Shown: in pieces, positions 12,401-26,446 of the stretch | Position numbering within the stretch: the stretch's first letter is position 1 | How the letters are laid out: every line of letters starts with the position of its first letter | Assembly: GCA_965112155.1 (NCBI GenBank) | Contig: OZ218102.1 | Length of the DNA stretch: 64,000 nucleotides | Direction: 5' to 3' (one strand) | Source of the DNA: Podarcis liolepis | Taxonomy: Eukaryota | Translations under genes and position numbers: made by a program | The notes under the pieces: model-generated | Seen by the model: only the letters and a program-made list of their open reading frames with translations | What the model was told of the DNA's origin: nothing | The model's database searches: none

Positions 12401-15400
12401 TCTGAAATAAAGTCCTGTGTATTCTCTTGTCCATTTCCTTGCACTCTCTGTGGTACATATCAGCAACTACTTAATCTTAGTCAGTTAAAGCTGACAGTTG
12501 ACTGATAGGCAAGAGCTCTGTTCAGAGAAAAATCCAATCAGAAAAGCCTCTGTGGAGGCATCAAGTCTAGTTTAGGAGCCAAATGTTATTCTACAGCAAT
12601 TCCATGGAGCACAAATGTAAAGGTTTGCCAATAGTCCATGGATCTGATTAGAGAAAGCAGTGAGGCATCCATCAATTGCCTTGTACTAAAGATGGGTCAA
12701 GACAAGAGTATTATGCTAGTCCAAGCTTTTATGCTCAAAGAAATCTCAAACTTAGGAAACATGTTGAGAAGGAAAGTACTAAGAGCACTAAGGCCAGTCA
12801 AATAAAATTTCATTTTGAGGAGGAGAGCCTTATCTAAAGGAAGTATGCAAGCCACAGCTCATCTTGGCAGAACTGGACTGTCTGCAAACAAATGTAAGCC
12901 ATAGTGCAGGCAATATATTTGATTCCTTTGTAAATGTGATAGGAAAACATTAATAAAGAATTACGGGAGGGTCAGGCAAAAATGAATCTGTGCAGTGTAC
13001 TATCCTCACCATTCCAAATTAGGCTGGAATACATGTGATTTCTCGACCTTATATTGGTACTCTACTTATACAATGGGTATTGTGCGCTGTGCTAGTGTTA
13101 GGTAATAGTTGAAATAACTTTCCCATCACATATACACCTGTGAATTGGAGGTCACAGTTAATTACACCATAGATGTCACCTAGGAGGCAGAAAAATGGCA
13201 CCCCCTCTGGGATCTGCAACCTGAATTGAAGAACTTGAAAGCTTGCCACATACTTCTCCTAATAAAGGTATTGCTCAATTGCAGATTTGGAAGTTGTTGT
13301 TTTTCCTTATGGAGAAACACAGTTTTCTTCCTTTTTCATATGCCTGAAATGAGCTGTTCCACATTTGCTTGATGCGCTAAGGTGCTAGCCCTTACTGTGA
13401 GAAAAAGCCGAATGTATTAATATAGCGATATTAGCAAGATGTTTTATTATTTTATCTATTTAACCATCTGTTCATTTCTTGCATTCAGTACTGAAAATAT
13501 GCAATGTGCTTGGCCAAAAAGACCAAGAATAGATGGCATCAACATGGATTTAAGTACTTGTTAAATTATTGGCTCTTTGGCTTTTTCTCTCTCTCTTGAC
13601 ATTTCCCCGCTCCCTTTGCTAATGGAAAATGATTCATAATCATTTCACAGATGACAGGATTTCTATCTTTTAAGTGCAGAATGCTCAGCAGTATCTGCCA
13701 GAGCTGAAGGTTTTTTTTTTATTTCTGAGGACTTGAGGACCACCCTTTCAAGAATCTGTTGAATTGTCTAACGGCCCAGTCTGTGAAACCCTTAAAGAAC
13801 CCAGCACTTTTATTGCAGGAAAGACAGCTTCAGCCTGCTTAAATATGGGAAACTGCATTAGCAGAATGTGAGAATTAGCAGCAGAGCACCTGAGTCTCCT
13901 GGCAGCAGCTTTCCTAGCTATACCTTCCTTTTGCTAGAAAAGCCCATTAGTCACTGGGTGAACCAGGACAACTCCCAACACTCACATTCCAATTGGTTGG
14001 GACAACATAGTATGAAGATCTGAATCAGGCCGTGTAGGAAAAGCCATTCAAATCTTGCTCGTCTTTCTTCCCTTGAAGTACAGTAGGGTTTTAAAGATTC
14101 CTACTTCATCTTAAATATATATTTTTTTTTAAGTTGAAAAAAGGGGGAAATAGTGTGTCTCTTTATCTTTCACCAAATCCCTTCAGTTACAGAACCTGTT
14201 GTAGGTCTGTATAATTTACAGCTGCCATATATAGCCTTTATTGCAATAACATACAACATATTTTGAAACTGGCGTCGTTTAGAGGACTGAATCTCATTAA
14301 ACCAATTTAGCTTTTCTAGAATGTGACCTGTACAGGGGAAAGTTCCCTTTCAAATGGCTTCAATTATCATTTGTTCTTTGTTGATTGCTTGGAAACCACA
14401 AATCAATATTGAAAGAATGATTGATGTACAACTATCACACTTGGTCTTTTGAATTTGATACACAACTCTGTGGGCGTATACATGCATTTATTTTGTGACA
14501 AGGTGGCAGAGAAAATGAAGATAATTTCCTCAAAGCTATACTTTTTCATCAGGGAATTTTACACCTAAAGTTATCAGGAATAGGGAGGGGGGAATAATTC
14601 TAGCCTTGGGGAAAATAAATCTTTCTAAAATGCCTATCTAAAAACATCACCTGCTAACCATTTAATGTACTTATAGTTTATGCCTTCCATAGCATTACTT
14701 TTTAATCTATTCTAGTCTGTGTACCTGGTAAGAAGGAAGCCTGGAGCCAATTGCAATTGCTTTGCAACTCATATCTTTAGCCACCAAGTTGTTGGCTTTT
14801 TTCCCTTCCCTTTATTCCTCAAGGTTCCTGACTCTTGAGCTTTTAATGGAAATGATGCCTCATTAACACAAGTACCAACCATGTAGCTTCATTGCAGACT
14901 TTGGGTGCTTGAGTTTACCACTTCACTATCCTTTATTGTATCTGTAATGCTCTCTGGCAATGTCTAAATAAAATGGGAAAGCCTTTAAAAGAAAAATAAA
15001 ATAAGGAATTGAAATGTACATTAAGAGACCTTGGCAGTGTTCCAAAGAGCCATGCACATGGGGTATCTGAACTTTTTTCTTTGAGCAGCAGATAAGTATG
15101 TACGCAAACACGCCTTATTATTATCATATAATTATTATTGTTATCATTATACCTCTTTTCTGAGCAGGAACTTATCCAAAGTGGGTTACAAAATAGGGGG
15201 ACAGAAGAAAAAAATAAAACAATTTTAAAATGATAATGTGGCATTGCTCTACTTAAAAATGCATTAACGTAGCCAGAAAGAGCACAATTCAACCTGACCA
15301 TCTCCCACCTAATAAACATGCTTGGAAGGCCAGTTGGGAGTGGAGGGAGTTTTCTGGACCATCTGAAAACCCTATAAAGTATCAATTTGCCATATATCCA

Positions 15401-15574
15401 GTCAGGGATGCCAACTAGAATAAAATATTTGGGGAGCGCATGTAAGCCCCATCCCACATAATCAATCACATGATGTGATACAGGCACACCATTTGAATTA
15501 CCTTTGGGAGGCAGGCCCTTCAAATACTTTATTGAGGAAGCCAAAGGGACTCCCATAGCATGTTTGTAGTTCTG

Positions 15575-16512
15575 ATCATAGAATCACAGAGTTGCAGAGT
15601 TGGAAGGGACTCTGAGGGTCCCCTAGCCCAACCCCGAGTCAAACAGAAATCTCAACTAAAGCATCCATGACAGATGGCCATCCAACCTCTGCTTAAAAAC
15701 CTCCAATGAAGAAGAGTCCACAAACTCCCAAGGAAGTCTGTTCCACTGCTGAACTGTCAGAAAATTCTTCTTGATGTTTTGTCAGAATTTCCCTTCTTGT
15801 AACTTGAAGCCATTGGTTCGAGTCATAGCCTCCAGAGCAGGAGAAAGCAAGCTTGCTCCATCTTCCATGTCACAGCCCTTTAGATATTTGAAGATGGCTA
15901 GCATAATTCCTCTCAGTTTAGCCTCTTTCGCAGGCTAAACATACCCAACTACCTCAACAGTTCCTCATAAGGCTGGGTTAGCAGACCCTTGATTATCTTG
16001 GTTGCCCTCCTCTGCTCATGTTCTAGGTTGTCAATATCCTTCTTAAATTGTGGCACCCAGAAGTGGACACAGTACTCCACGTGTGATCTGACCAAGGCAG
16101 AATAGAGTGGCACTATGACTTCCCTTGATCATGACACAGTACTTTTGTCAATGCCGCCAGAATAGCATTAGCTTTTTTTGCTGCTGCATCACACTGGTGA
16201 CTCATGTTAAGCTTGTGGTCTTCTAAGACACCTTTTCACATGTACTATTAGTAAGCCAGGTGTCCTCCACCTTATATTTGTGCAACTGGTTCTTCCTGCC
16301 TCAGTTCAGAACCTGACATTTGTCCCTACTGAAATTCATTTTCTTAGTTTGAGATGAGTTCTCCAATCTGTTAAGGTCATATTGAATCCTGATTCTGTCT
16401 TCTACAGCATTAGCTACCCCTCCTAGTTTGGTGTCATCTGCAAATTTGACGAGCATCCCCTCAATTCCTTTGTGCAACTCATTTATAAAGATGCTGAACA
16501 ACAACGGGCCTT
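15575..16512 (-). mobile_element. CR1 LINE fragment (RT core to 3' tail)
   Basis: Minus-strand ORF LFSIFINEL..VKFADDTKLGG..IQYDLNRLE (CR1 RT). Tail reads catagaatcacagagttgcagagttggaaggga on +. Confidence 0.92.
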
Positions 16513-18602
16513 GGTAAGATTTGAAGAAAGTGTTTTAAGCACTTATTAGCTATTGCAGCTTCAAGGTTCAGTGAATTTATCTGAATACAATTCTGGTTTC
16601 CAGACTGAAAACTCACCGGCAGTGCATCTTTGCCTTAGAGCAGATTATAACACATAGATTAACATGTTTGCTGAGAACAAATATATTTAAATGAATTATG
16701 CCAAAACAAATGAATTATGTTTTATGTTTATGGGGTGATATATTGGTACATTCCTGAAGACACACTTTGATGTAACTTTTCTATCAGCATTAGCTATAGT
16801 TAGCCGTACTAACTACATGGGTATAGTCAGTGTTAGTCATGCTCAATGCAGACCCATCAATGGCTAAATAGCAGTTCTATTCATTCCAATGGGTTTATTC
16901 TAGAACATTGGGAAATCCATTATACTGAGTCAAGTTATTGGTCCATCTAGCTCAATATTGTCTTTACAGACTGGCAGTAGCCTGCTCTTTATATAGAGAC
17001 CGAAGAGATCATTTTCTGAAATCTGTGTTCACACAAGCAAGCAGGTACAGTCCAGTAGAAATAGCTCAGTTTCTTTTGAGTGACAATAATAGTTTCATAA
17101 CACACGGAGTGACCCTCTATGCACTGGCTGCAAAAAAAGGGGGGGTTGAGAATCAGGAAAAAGAAATTAAATAAAATCGCCTTAAATTGTTGTACTGATT
17201 CAGAGGTTTAATCTGAAATTAAGCTGGATTTGGGTTTGTTGGTGTCCCTGGTAACATTTCTTTTACATCATGGTTGTTCTTCCATTGGGGATGTTGGTTC
17301 ATATTATGGATGTATGATCTGTATTTTATTCATACTGTTGCTGTGGGTTTGTCATGGCCATGGCTAGAACAAAAAACTTACACTGAATGGTGGAAAGGAT
17401 ATTTGAATATTTTCAAACAGCAATGGCTGCCTATTGCACCCTTGTGCAAAAGGCGGATAACATTCGGCATTTATTTATGAAAGCAAAGTAAGTTCTAGTG
17501 ATCTTAGCCAAGCGCCTTCAATTCTTTCCTCCACAATTTCTGTTTTCTGTGCTCAGTTTTGTTTGGCCTTGTATGTGAATATTCATTTACCTCATGAAAC
17601 CATTGCAAGGAAATAGGGTTTGGCACAGCAATAAAAAAAAGCGTCAGCATATAAACACTTATTAGAGTCCCACAAACTTCGACGCAGCAAAATCTAAACT
17701 ATAAGATCTACCAAACTAAAGGGTTCCACAATGCAAATTTAAATTGATTCAGCTTCTGTTGTCTATGTAGTTAAGATCATTTGTTAGGCCTCATTCTTAC
17801 AAACATTGTGATTAAAATTTCCTGCAGTTCAAAATATCTTGCCATCTTTCATTCATGAGCCTTGGTTTCTTAATATGTGTTACTTTTTCTTTTTGCCTAA
17901 TGTACACAATATCATTTTGTATCTAAGCAACAACATTACCAAATAATACAAAAACATAACATGTAATAAGGTGCTATAATTCTGATGCTGTACTAGGGAG
18001 CTGGGGGGTGGGAGAGACAGAACTAATTTTTTAATTATGCACCATGGAGCTATTACAAATGTACTGTGAGATAGGGAGAATGTGCAGTGTTGCAATTTCA
18101 AATCCATTGTTTTTATTATACAAACTCATTCATATTGCCTTCTGAAACTGTGCATTTAATTCCACCAAGATGATAAAATACAGATATTATTTAGATAACA
18201 CATTTCAATTAGCTGCTCTAACAGCACAGTCCTACACATGTCTACTCAGAAGTAAGCCCCATTGAGTTCAATGGGACTTACTCCTAAGTAATAGGATTGT
18301 AATCTAAATCTAGTTTAAACCGTCTTTATAGTCACATATCAATTATAACATAACCACAGGAACTAACATCTCTGAGCTTCATCAAAATCAATCAATTCTC
18401 TTAGGCTGAATCTGGAATGGTTGTTTCAATGGAATTGCTCCCACAGGCAGTTTTGATCCATTTAGTCTTCAGCTCTATAATGCATTCCGAATCATATTAT
18501 CCCTCATAATATATTCCTACGTAATGTTTTATTTCAGCAGCAACTTTTGCCATATAGAATAATAAATGAATCTGCAAACTTGCTAGAGCTGTCTGTGACA
18601 AG

Positions 18603-18780
18603 GGTGGAATCTACACACATATAAAAACTGCTGTGAAAATACTTTCTTTTTTTTAAAAAAAAAGGTTTGAAAAATACACTGAATTTGGCATAGCTCACTG
18701 TCACCGTCTATTGTCACATTTGTATATTGAACCTTACAAAACATTTAAAATGTTTTATTTATTGCTGTATAGCTGAGTCC
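18603..18780 (+). mobile_element. Harbinger-like MITE
   Basis: Ends ggaatctacac / gtatagctgagtcc; colinear with 26278-26446. Confidence 0.65.
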
Positions 18781-19269
18781 AAGGACTGAATGTATTTCAT
18801 ACTTCCATGGTTAGCCTATGGAAGCACAAAACATACTGGGAATCACAGTTTTCATTTACAAAGAAACTGCAAGTGGGTCATGGTCTGAGGACCATCTTCT
18901 TGGTCTGGGTCTGGTCAGAGCCTGGATGGGAACCCCATGCATTCTGCCTTAAATTTCATTATGGAAGAAAGGCAGGATACGAATAAAGTCATCCTTTATT
19001 TATTTGCATTACTGTACTGCTCTTTTACCTTTTTACTGCTCTTTAAGAAAACGTTATCTGCACAATGCAGATAGAAGTGAAAAACTGGAAGTATAAAAAT
19101 AAAGCATGGACATAAAATACCATATAAACAGTGTGTGCATGTGTTTAATTCCAATAAAAGAACATCAAAATAAAACCAGCAACAAAAAACAATAGTGCAG
19201 AAAACTTTTAAACAACTAAAAATGATAAAAACACGTATAAAACATTAAATAATAAAACACCACTATATG

Positions 19270-19690
19270 ACTCCCAGTGCTTTTCTGAGCATAATTCAAC
19301 GTGTTGGTGCTGACTTTTAAAGCCCTAAATGGCCTCAGCCCAGAATACCTGAAGGAGCATCTGCACTCCCATCGCTCAGGCCGGACACTGACGTCCTTCT
19401 CCAGGGGTCTTCTGCTAGTTCCCTCAATGTGAGAAGCAAAGTTACAGGGAACCAGGCAGAGGGCCTTCTCGGTAGTGGCGTCGTCCCTGTGGAACACTCT
19501 ACCTTCAGATGTCAAAGAAACAAACAACTATTTGACTTCTAGAAGACATCTGAATGCAGCCCTGTTTAGGGAAGTTTTTAATGTTTGATGTTTTATTGTG
19601 TTGTTATTATTCTGCCAGGAGCCGCCCAGACTAGCTGGGGAAACCCAGCAAGATGGATAGGGTATAAATAATAAAATTATTATTATTATT
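19270..19690 (+). mobile_element. L2-clade LINE 3' end
   Basis: ttcaacgtgttggtgctgacttttaaagccctaaatggcct..gggccttctcggtagtggcg..ccctgtggaac..gccgcccaga..ataaataataaa, followed by an (ATT)n tail. Confidence 0.85.
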
Positions 19691-22154
19691 CCTGTCCAGA
19701 TAGGAGTGCAGCTGGGCCCATTGGTGTTCGTGTGAGAGGGGGCCCAGAGGCAGTTGCTTCAGGCACAAAAATTGTTAGGGGCGCAAGCCAAGCTACACCA
19801 CTGCACTGCAGCGGTCCCAAAGGTGCTGCAAAACTGGGAGGGAGATGTATCCCTTTCCTAGTCCAGCAACACAGTATGAGCGTCTCTCAGGCAGCCAGGT
19901 ATCTCGCTGCCCACTCCTTTCAGCACCTTAGTTCCACATCCTTTGCTCAGAGGCACCATGCACCACATGCTTCTCACATGCTATGGCTGCCACCACTGTA
20001 TGCACCCTGGATTACTTCTGTGCCAGTTGGCCCCCTTGGCTCTCTCATGCTCCCACTTTGGGACAAAGGCAAACAGGGCCCCTGTGGCATCACAGAGCCC
20101 CCAGTCCAGGCCTCCATATGGGAGCAGGCAGTTGCAGGGATGTTGGGACACTGCCAGAGTGTCAGCTGTGTGACCCTTGACTGACAGTGCACCAGCTCTT
20201 AGGCCGCACTGGCAAAGCTTCCTGTGAATATCCTATAGAGAGCTGAAATGGCTGGTGCAGGGTGAGCCACAGCGATGGAGGGGCTCCAGTTGGGCAGTTG
20301 AGGTTGTGCTAAAAATTGGGGGAGGAGGATCCACCGCGATGTGCTAGCCCCCTTTCCCATGGTGATGCCGCCCCCTTTTGCGTCTTGTCCTAGGCACTGG
20401 CAACTCACGCTATGCCACTTCTGGGCTACCAGCCAAAACTGATGAAAGGCATATCATAGCTGTGTGTGTGCTCAGTACTGTAAGGTGTGTGTGTGTGAGA
20501 GAGAGGAATTTCAGATAAGACACAAAGCTGTTCTCAAGCACAGTGTGTTTACAGATGACACTTGCAGTCAATATTTTGTATCAGTACCCATTTGATTGTG
20601 AGTAAACATTTTGTGCTAACATTAATGATGATGTTCAGCAAATAATAATTTGAGTTTCTAAAATGTGTGTTACAGCCTGTGGAGTGGAAGTAAAATATTC
20701 CTTATTACAGCAAGAATACTTGCTTAGTCTGACTAAGAATCATTTCATTTCCATAGTGCTAGATATTGAAAGGGAACTGTTTTCCCATGTGTAATGATTT
20801 GCCTTTCCATAGACTTAATTAGGACATTGTGAATCAATATGAAACCAGATCTTGTTTACACTTAAAGTCAATGATTGAACATTGTTTTCAATGGCATTTC
20901 CATCTTCCTTTGGAAAATTGTCATTATTTTTTTAAAACATGGCATTTATTTCCATTTCAAAGAAGTGCCTTTCATTTTGCATAAATATACAAATTTTCAA
21001 GCTGCACAGACAAAAGATTCACTGCTTGACAGCTGGCATTATCTTTGGACTATTGTTCAGGTAGTTGGAACCAAGTTAGCTTTTACCTATTGCTATTTTA
21101 TCATTTGCTTCACACCTTCAACAGAGCTACAGTCTCAACCTGACCTGCTGAAATTGAAAATGTAACCTTCCCAAAATAACAGATGAGGGATTCTTTGTGT
21201 TGACATTTTGTGTGGGTCTTATTCTCTGAGCCTGTGACCTACCACATGGAGAAACTTCTAAAAACTACCAACTTGCAATGCCAAAGACAGTTATATCCTC
21301 CTGAGGGGCTAGATCCATTGAACTTCTATTGCAATGTTAACTCTAATGATCATAGAGGTTGAAAATAATAGGAGAAATGAACAATAGAATACAGCCAACT
21401 CTCCTAAAGAGTATTGTCTTGACAGTTCAAGGTGCTCATAACTTTGTTCATACACTGCAAGTCTAAATTTCAATAAGGGGTGGAAATAATTCCCCAGGGA
21501 TTTCTAGCATAGTAGGGAACAAAAAATTGGTGAACGGATTAACTGTACAAAACAATAGAACACAAAACAAATATGTCTATAACTTTAATATGTTGAACAT
21601 ATTTAGTAGGAAACACGTGAATATATGAAAGGACTCAGTTGCTGAACATCAAAGTGGATGATAAACTTTGTAATTACGTACAAACTCTGGATGGGAACTG
21701 CACAACAAGTTCAACACATCCAAGGGAGCTTGAGCTTATTTATTAAATGGCAGCCTCCCTCATTCCACAGAGAAAATGAATATTTTGGAGATGATTGAAA
21801 GCTGTTTGTGATATGATATGGAGGTCTCCCATTAGATCCAAAAGAAAAATAATAATTAATCTGGTCTCTTTTTTGGGAGGAAGTTTTTTGGGGAGGAAGA
21901 CTAAGTAAGACTTGCTGAACAGCCCCACTTCAACATGTTTACAGGGTTCTTGATTTCCCAATAAATGAATAATTTTATTTTTCACCTTTTTTTCATTCTG
22001 TCAGCTGCTCAGGGCCCAGGGACCAAACTTGGCCCTCAGGTTCTCTCTATCTGGCCTCAGAACTCTCTCTCTCTAGGCCACACAAACCCTGTTTCACATC
22101 CCAAATACTTTTGCTCGACTGGCCTGTGTCCTTGAACATTAATAACGCCTCTTA

Positions 22155-22723
22155 CCGTATTTTTCGCCCCACAGGGCACACCGGCCCATAGGGCGCATCT
22201 AGTTTTTTTTTTGGGGGGGGGAAATAAAGAAAAAAAATTATTTCCCCCCCCAGGCGCGGGGCTGGGGTGGGGGAAGCCCGAGCTTCCCCTGACCCCAGCC
22301 CCCAGAACAGGCTGCTATCCGCAAGCCTAGGGAGCCCTGCAGGAACTCCCGCGGGCTCCCCAGGCTTGCGGATGTCTGCCCGAAGCCCGGGGCGCGCTCC
22401 ACTGCGCTCCCCAGGTTTCGGGCTGTAGGCTGCTGTCCGCAAGCCTTGGGAGCCCAGTGGGAAGTTGCACCAGGCTCCCAAGGCTTGCCCGGGGTGCGCT
22501 CCACTGTGCTCCCCAGGTTTCAGGCTGCAGGCTGCTATCCCACGGGCTCCCAAGGCTTGCGGATAGCTTCCTGAAGCCTGGAGAGCGAGAGGGGTCGATG
22601 CGCACCGACCCCTCTCGCTCTCCAGGCTTCAGCGAAAGCCTTCATTCGCCCCATAGGATGCACACACATTTCCCCTTCATTTTTAGAGGGGGAAAAGTAC
22701 GTCCTATAGGGCGAAAAATACGG
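22155..22723. mobile_element. Non-autonomous TcMar (Tc2/pogo-type) element with GC-rich internal repeats
   Basis: TIR ccgtatttttcgccc / gggcgaaaaatacgg with TA TSD (22153-54, 22724-25). Internal ~100-bp imperfect tandem units and a 62-bp palindrome. Nested in an older hAT-like MITE (~22010-22891). Confidence 0.88.
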
Positions 22724-23069
22724 TACTTGTTTCAATGTAGCCAAGAAAGTGGTTTGTGAGTGTGTGTAGAAACTAGCTTACTGTAGAATGGTAAAAATTT
22801 ACATTTATTGCTGTAGCCCTCACTTTTGGCCCTCAGAAAGTTGCCCAGAAGGGAATGTGGCACTTGGGCTGAGAAGGTCTCCCCATCCCTGGTCTGTGAA
22901 GTGGTACTATTTAGAACAAAGTGACCAAGCCTCACTTGTCTTAAAAACTTGCAGGTGAAAGCACAAGCCTCACTATTTCTATATGTATGTTTGTTTTTTC
23001 TGTCATGGCTTTTTAGAGGTGTCAGGTTCGATATGCAAATCTTTTGCTATAGAGTTCAGCTAAACAAGA

Positions 23070-23103
23070 TGCTGATTGCTGTCCTGTTCTTTCTGACCCA
23101 CAG
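23070..23103 (+). other. Splice acceptor of the HS3ST1-like coding exon (exon starts 23104)
   Basis: Branch-like gctgat, pyrimidine tract gtcctgttctttctgaccc and cag|, 126 nt upstream of the ATG. HS3ST1 genes have 5'-UTR exons spliced onto one coding exon. Confidence 0.7.
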
Positions 23104-23211
23104 ATGCTTGAGAAATTTGTTGCTGCTTTGGCCCCGGTTCCATCAGCTGCCTCCTTGCGGAGACACGTGCTCATTGTTTCACCAGACCAGCACAACTGCA
23201 TTTTGCACTGA
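23104..23211 (+). promoter_or_regulatory. 35-codon upstream ORF in the HS3ST1-like 5' UTR
   Basis: ATG 23104 to TGA 23209-23211 (MLEKFVAALAPVPSAASLRRHVLIVSPDQHNCILH). Same frame as the CDS, ending 18 nt before it. Confidence 0.5.
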
Positions 23212-24159
<948 letters not shown>

Positions 24160-25443
24160 TAACTTGTGGGGGGAGGCAGTTTGTTTGTTTTCTAATGTCC
24201 TGCAGTAATTTATTTTTGAGCCCTTCTCATAAACTCTGAGTTGCATCCAACTTAATATGAAGACCAGAGTTTTCTTCCCTGCGGTTTAACACTGGAAGTC
24301 CATTGCATTAATGGCGGACACTCTTTAGTGTACTTGGGGGCAATAGGCTTAGTGTTGGCTTTTAACTACAATAATGAACTTGATTGCACCAGTCCAAGTC
24401 CATGACTTCAATGGAGTTATTTCAGATTTACACTTGTATAGCCGAGGTGACTCATTTGTCTCTCTTTATTCAAAGTTATAAGCAAATGGAGTTTCACAGA
24501 AAACCATTCCTTAACCGATGTATAACAAAAAAAGGGTTGTGTAACTGAAATGGTATTATTCTAACCTTCAGGTTTTGTTGACTGCTTTTATTTTTCTATC
24601 TAGCTCCATGACAATGGGATTGATTTCTATAACTTTTCATACAGTGAAATAATTATATATTAGAAGAAAAGATGACTTGAAGTGGTCCCATTATATAATT
24701 TAAAATCTTTTTTGTGAAATAATGATTGTAAAAAGTATATCTCACTTAAATGAGCCTCAAGGCTGCTCCCTGTTATGGCTCCCTCTATGTAGGGTCTTTA
24801 TATTAAGTAAGACATTCATCATGTGCATGGGTATAAAGCCGTTTAACCTGTTCATACAAGTGTTAAGCGTTTCATATCTCGAATGCAAACAAATGAGGGC
24901 TCTAAAATAATCCCATTTTACACAGTAGACATCAAGAAGTACACAAGTGTCCATTTAATCACAAAAATCATGAGCCACTTACTTTTTTATATAAAAAAAT
25001 ACCCTTCATCAATACACAATTATTGGTCTTGTTTGTATTTTGTAACCATTTGTTCCAATAGTTTATATAACTAATTTGGCACAAAGTTTATTGCAAAAAA
25101 AAAAAAAAAGTTTAATTGCCTGCTCTCCAAAGTGTGGAGTAACTTTTGTAATATCTATTTGCAAATCATAAGATGTACTCAGAGTGCAAAGTAACTTCAT
25201 GTGGTATTGTATACTATACACACAATATTCAAAATATCAAGTATGGGTTTCTGGTTTATCTATAAAACTATACATCTACATGAATGCATTAGAATTTGTT
25301 TGTTTATAATATATTTTTACTTGATAAAGTAATGTTTGTCTCTATTTTTAAATTCGCTACTTTTCATATCCACCCATCCACCAAAATGAAGATTATTATG
25401 CTCTGGACTTTATATTTATAGAACTGCAAGCATGGCTACATAT

Positions 25444-25567
25444 TAGGGCTGCCATATGTCCAGATTTTCCTGGACATTACCAGGATTTCAAAGGTGAAAT
25501 TGACATTGGGGGGAATTTCTGTTCTTTTGGTGTCCTGGTTTTTACTATTTGAAATATGGCAGCCCTA
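25444..25567. mobile_element. hAT (Blackjack-like) MITE
   Basis: Perfect 14-bp TIR tagggctgccatat / atatggcagcccta; 8-bp TSD ctacatat / ctccagat (6/8). Confidence 0.8.
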
Positions 25568-25720
25568 CTCCAGATGGAACAGACTAATGTAAATAACAAC
25601 TTACATGTTCACTTGCTTCGTCTCCCACCACAGGGCCCAAGCAAGAAAACCTTACAAAAGTTGGTTCTCTTTAAATGGCTGACACAAATAGGTGTAAAGG
25701 AAGCTGGCTAGTAAAATTTA

Positions 25721-25889
25721 CTGTATTTTTTGCACCATAACACTCACTTTTTTCCTCCTAAAAAGTAAGGGGAAATGTCTGTGCGTGTTATGGAGGGAAT
25801 GCCTACGGGTGGCATACCTACGGATTTTCCTCCTCTAAAAACAACGTGCGTGTTATGGTCGGATGCATGTTATAGAGCGAAAAATACGG
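25721..25889. mobile_element. Short Tc2-type MITE (same TIR family, opposite orientation)
   Basis: ta|ctgtattttttgc ... gagcgaaaaatacgg|tg. Confidence 0.8.
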
Positions 25890-26277
25890 TGGTTGGTTAC
25901 TTTAGTGGATTTGATAAGTGCATATAAATGCCACTTGTTGCAAGGGAATTGGTGATAGCTTCAACTAAGACACATGCATTGTTATGCCATCCAAATATGA
26001 ATGTGGTTGACTAGCTTCTGGGCAGAGCATCAGACAGAAATCTTAAGATATGTTTTAGTTAAAAAAGAAATGTTTGAAGTATGATTGTTACCACCAGTGA
26101 TGAAAGAGTTTTTAAATAACTTGTCGAAATATGTCAAAACTATGAACATGAATAAGATTGCCAAGAATGGGTAATGCAAGGTGCCAAAGGAAAGATGAGA
26201 AAGAGAAAGAGAGAAGTCCAGACAAAGACATGGAAAGGAGGCTCCATACTGCAGACTCACTACATCAGCTATACCAA

Positions 26278-26446
26278 GATGGAATCTACACACAATTTAA
26301 AAAACGCTGTGAAAAAATGCTTTTTTTAAACGTTTTGAAAAATACATTGAATTTTGCATAGCCCACTGTCACCATCTGGTGTCACATTTGTATATTGCAC
26401 TTTACAACACTTAAAACGTTCTATTTGCAGCTGTGTAGACGAGTCC
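26278..26446 (+). mobile_element. Harbinger-like MITE carrying a CTCF-like motif
   Basis: Ends ggaatctacac / gtgtagacgagtcc; central tgtcaccatctggtgtca. Confidence 0.65.

Noticed and set aside
14933-15556. 207-aa minus-strand ORF, the second longest in the track
   Set aside because: It runs through an hAT-type MITE, an L2-like tail and an (AAT)n tract. There is no recognisable domain, so it is most likely a chance ORF.
19720-20420. GC-rich block with several 65-150 aa ORFs
   Set aside because: The ends resemble degraded hAT-type elements and the peptides have no domain signal. Boundaries are too uncertain to annotate.
22152-22759. Cluster of overlapping GC-rich ORFs with repeated peptides
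   Set aside because: They come from the internal tandem repeats of a non-autonomous Tc2-type element; there are no transposase motifs.
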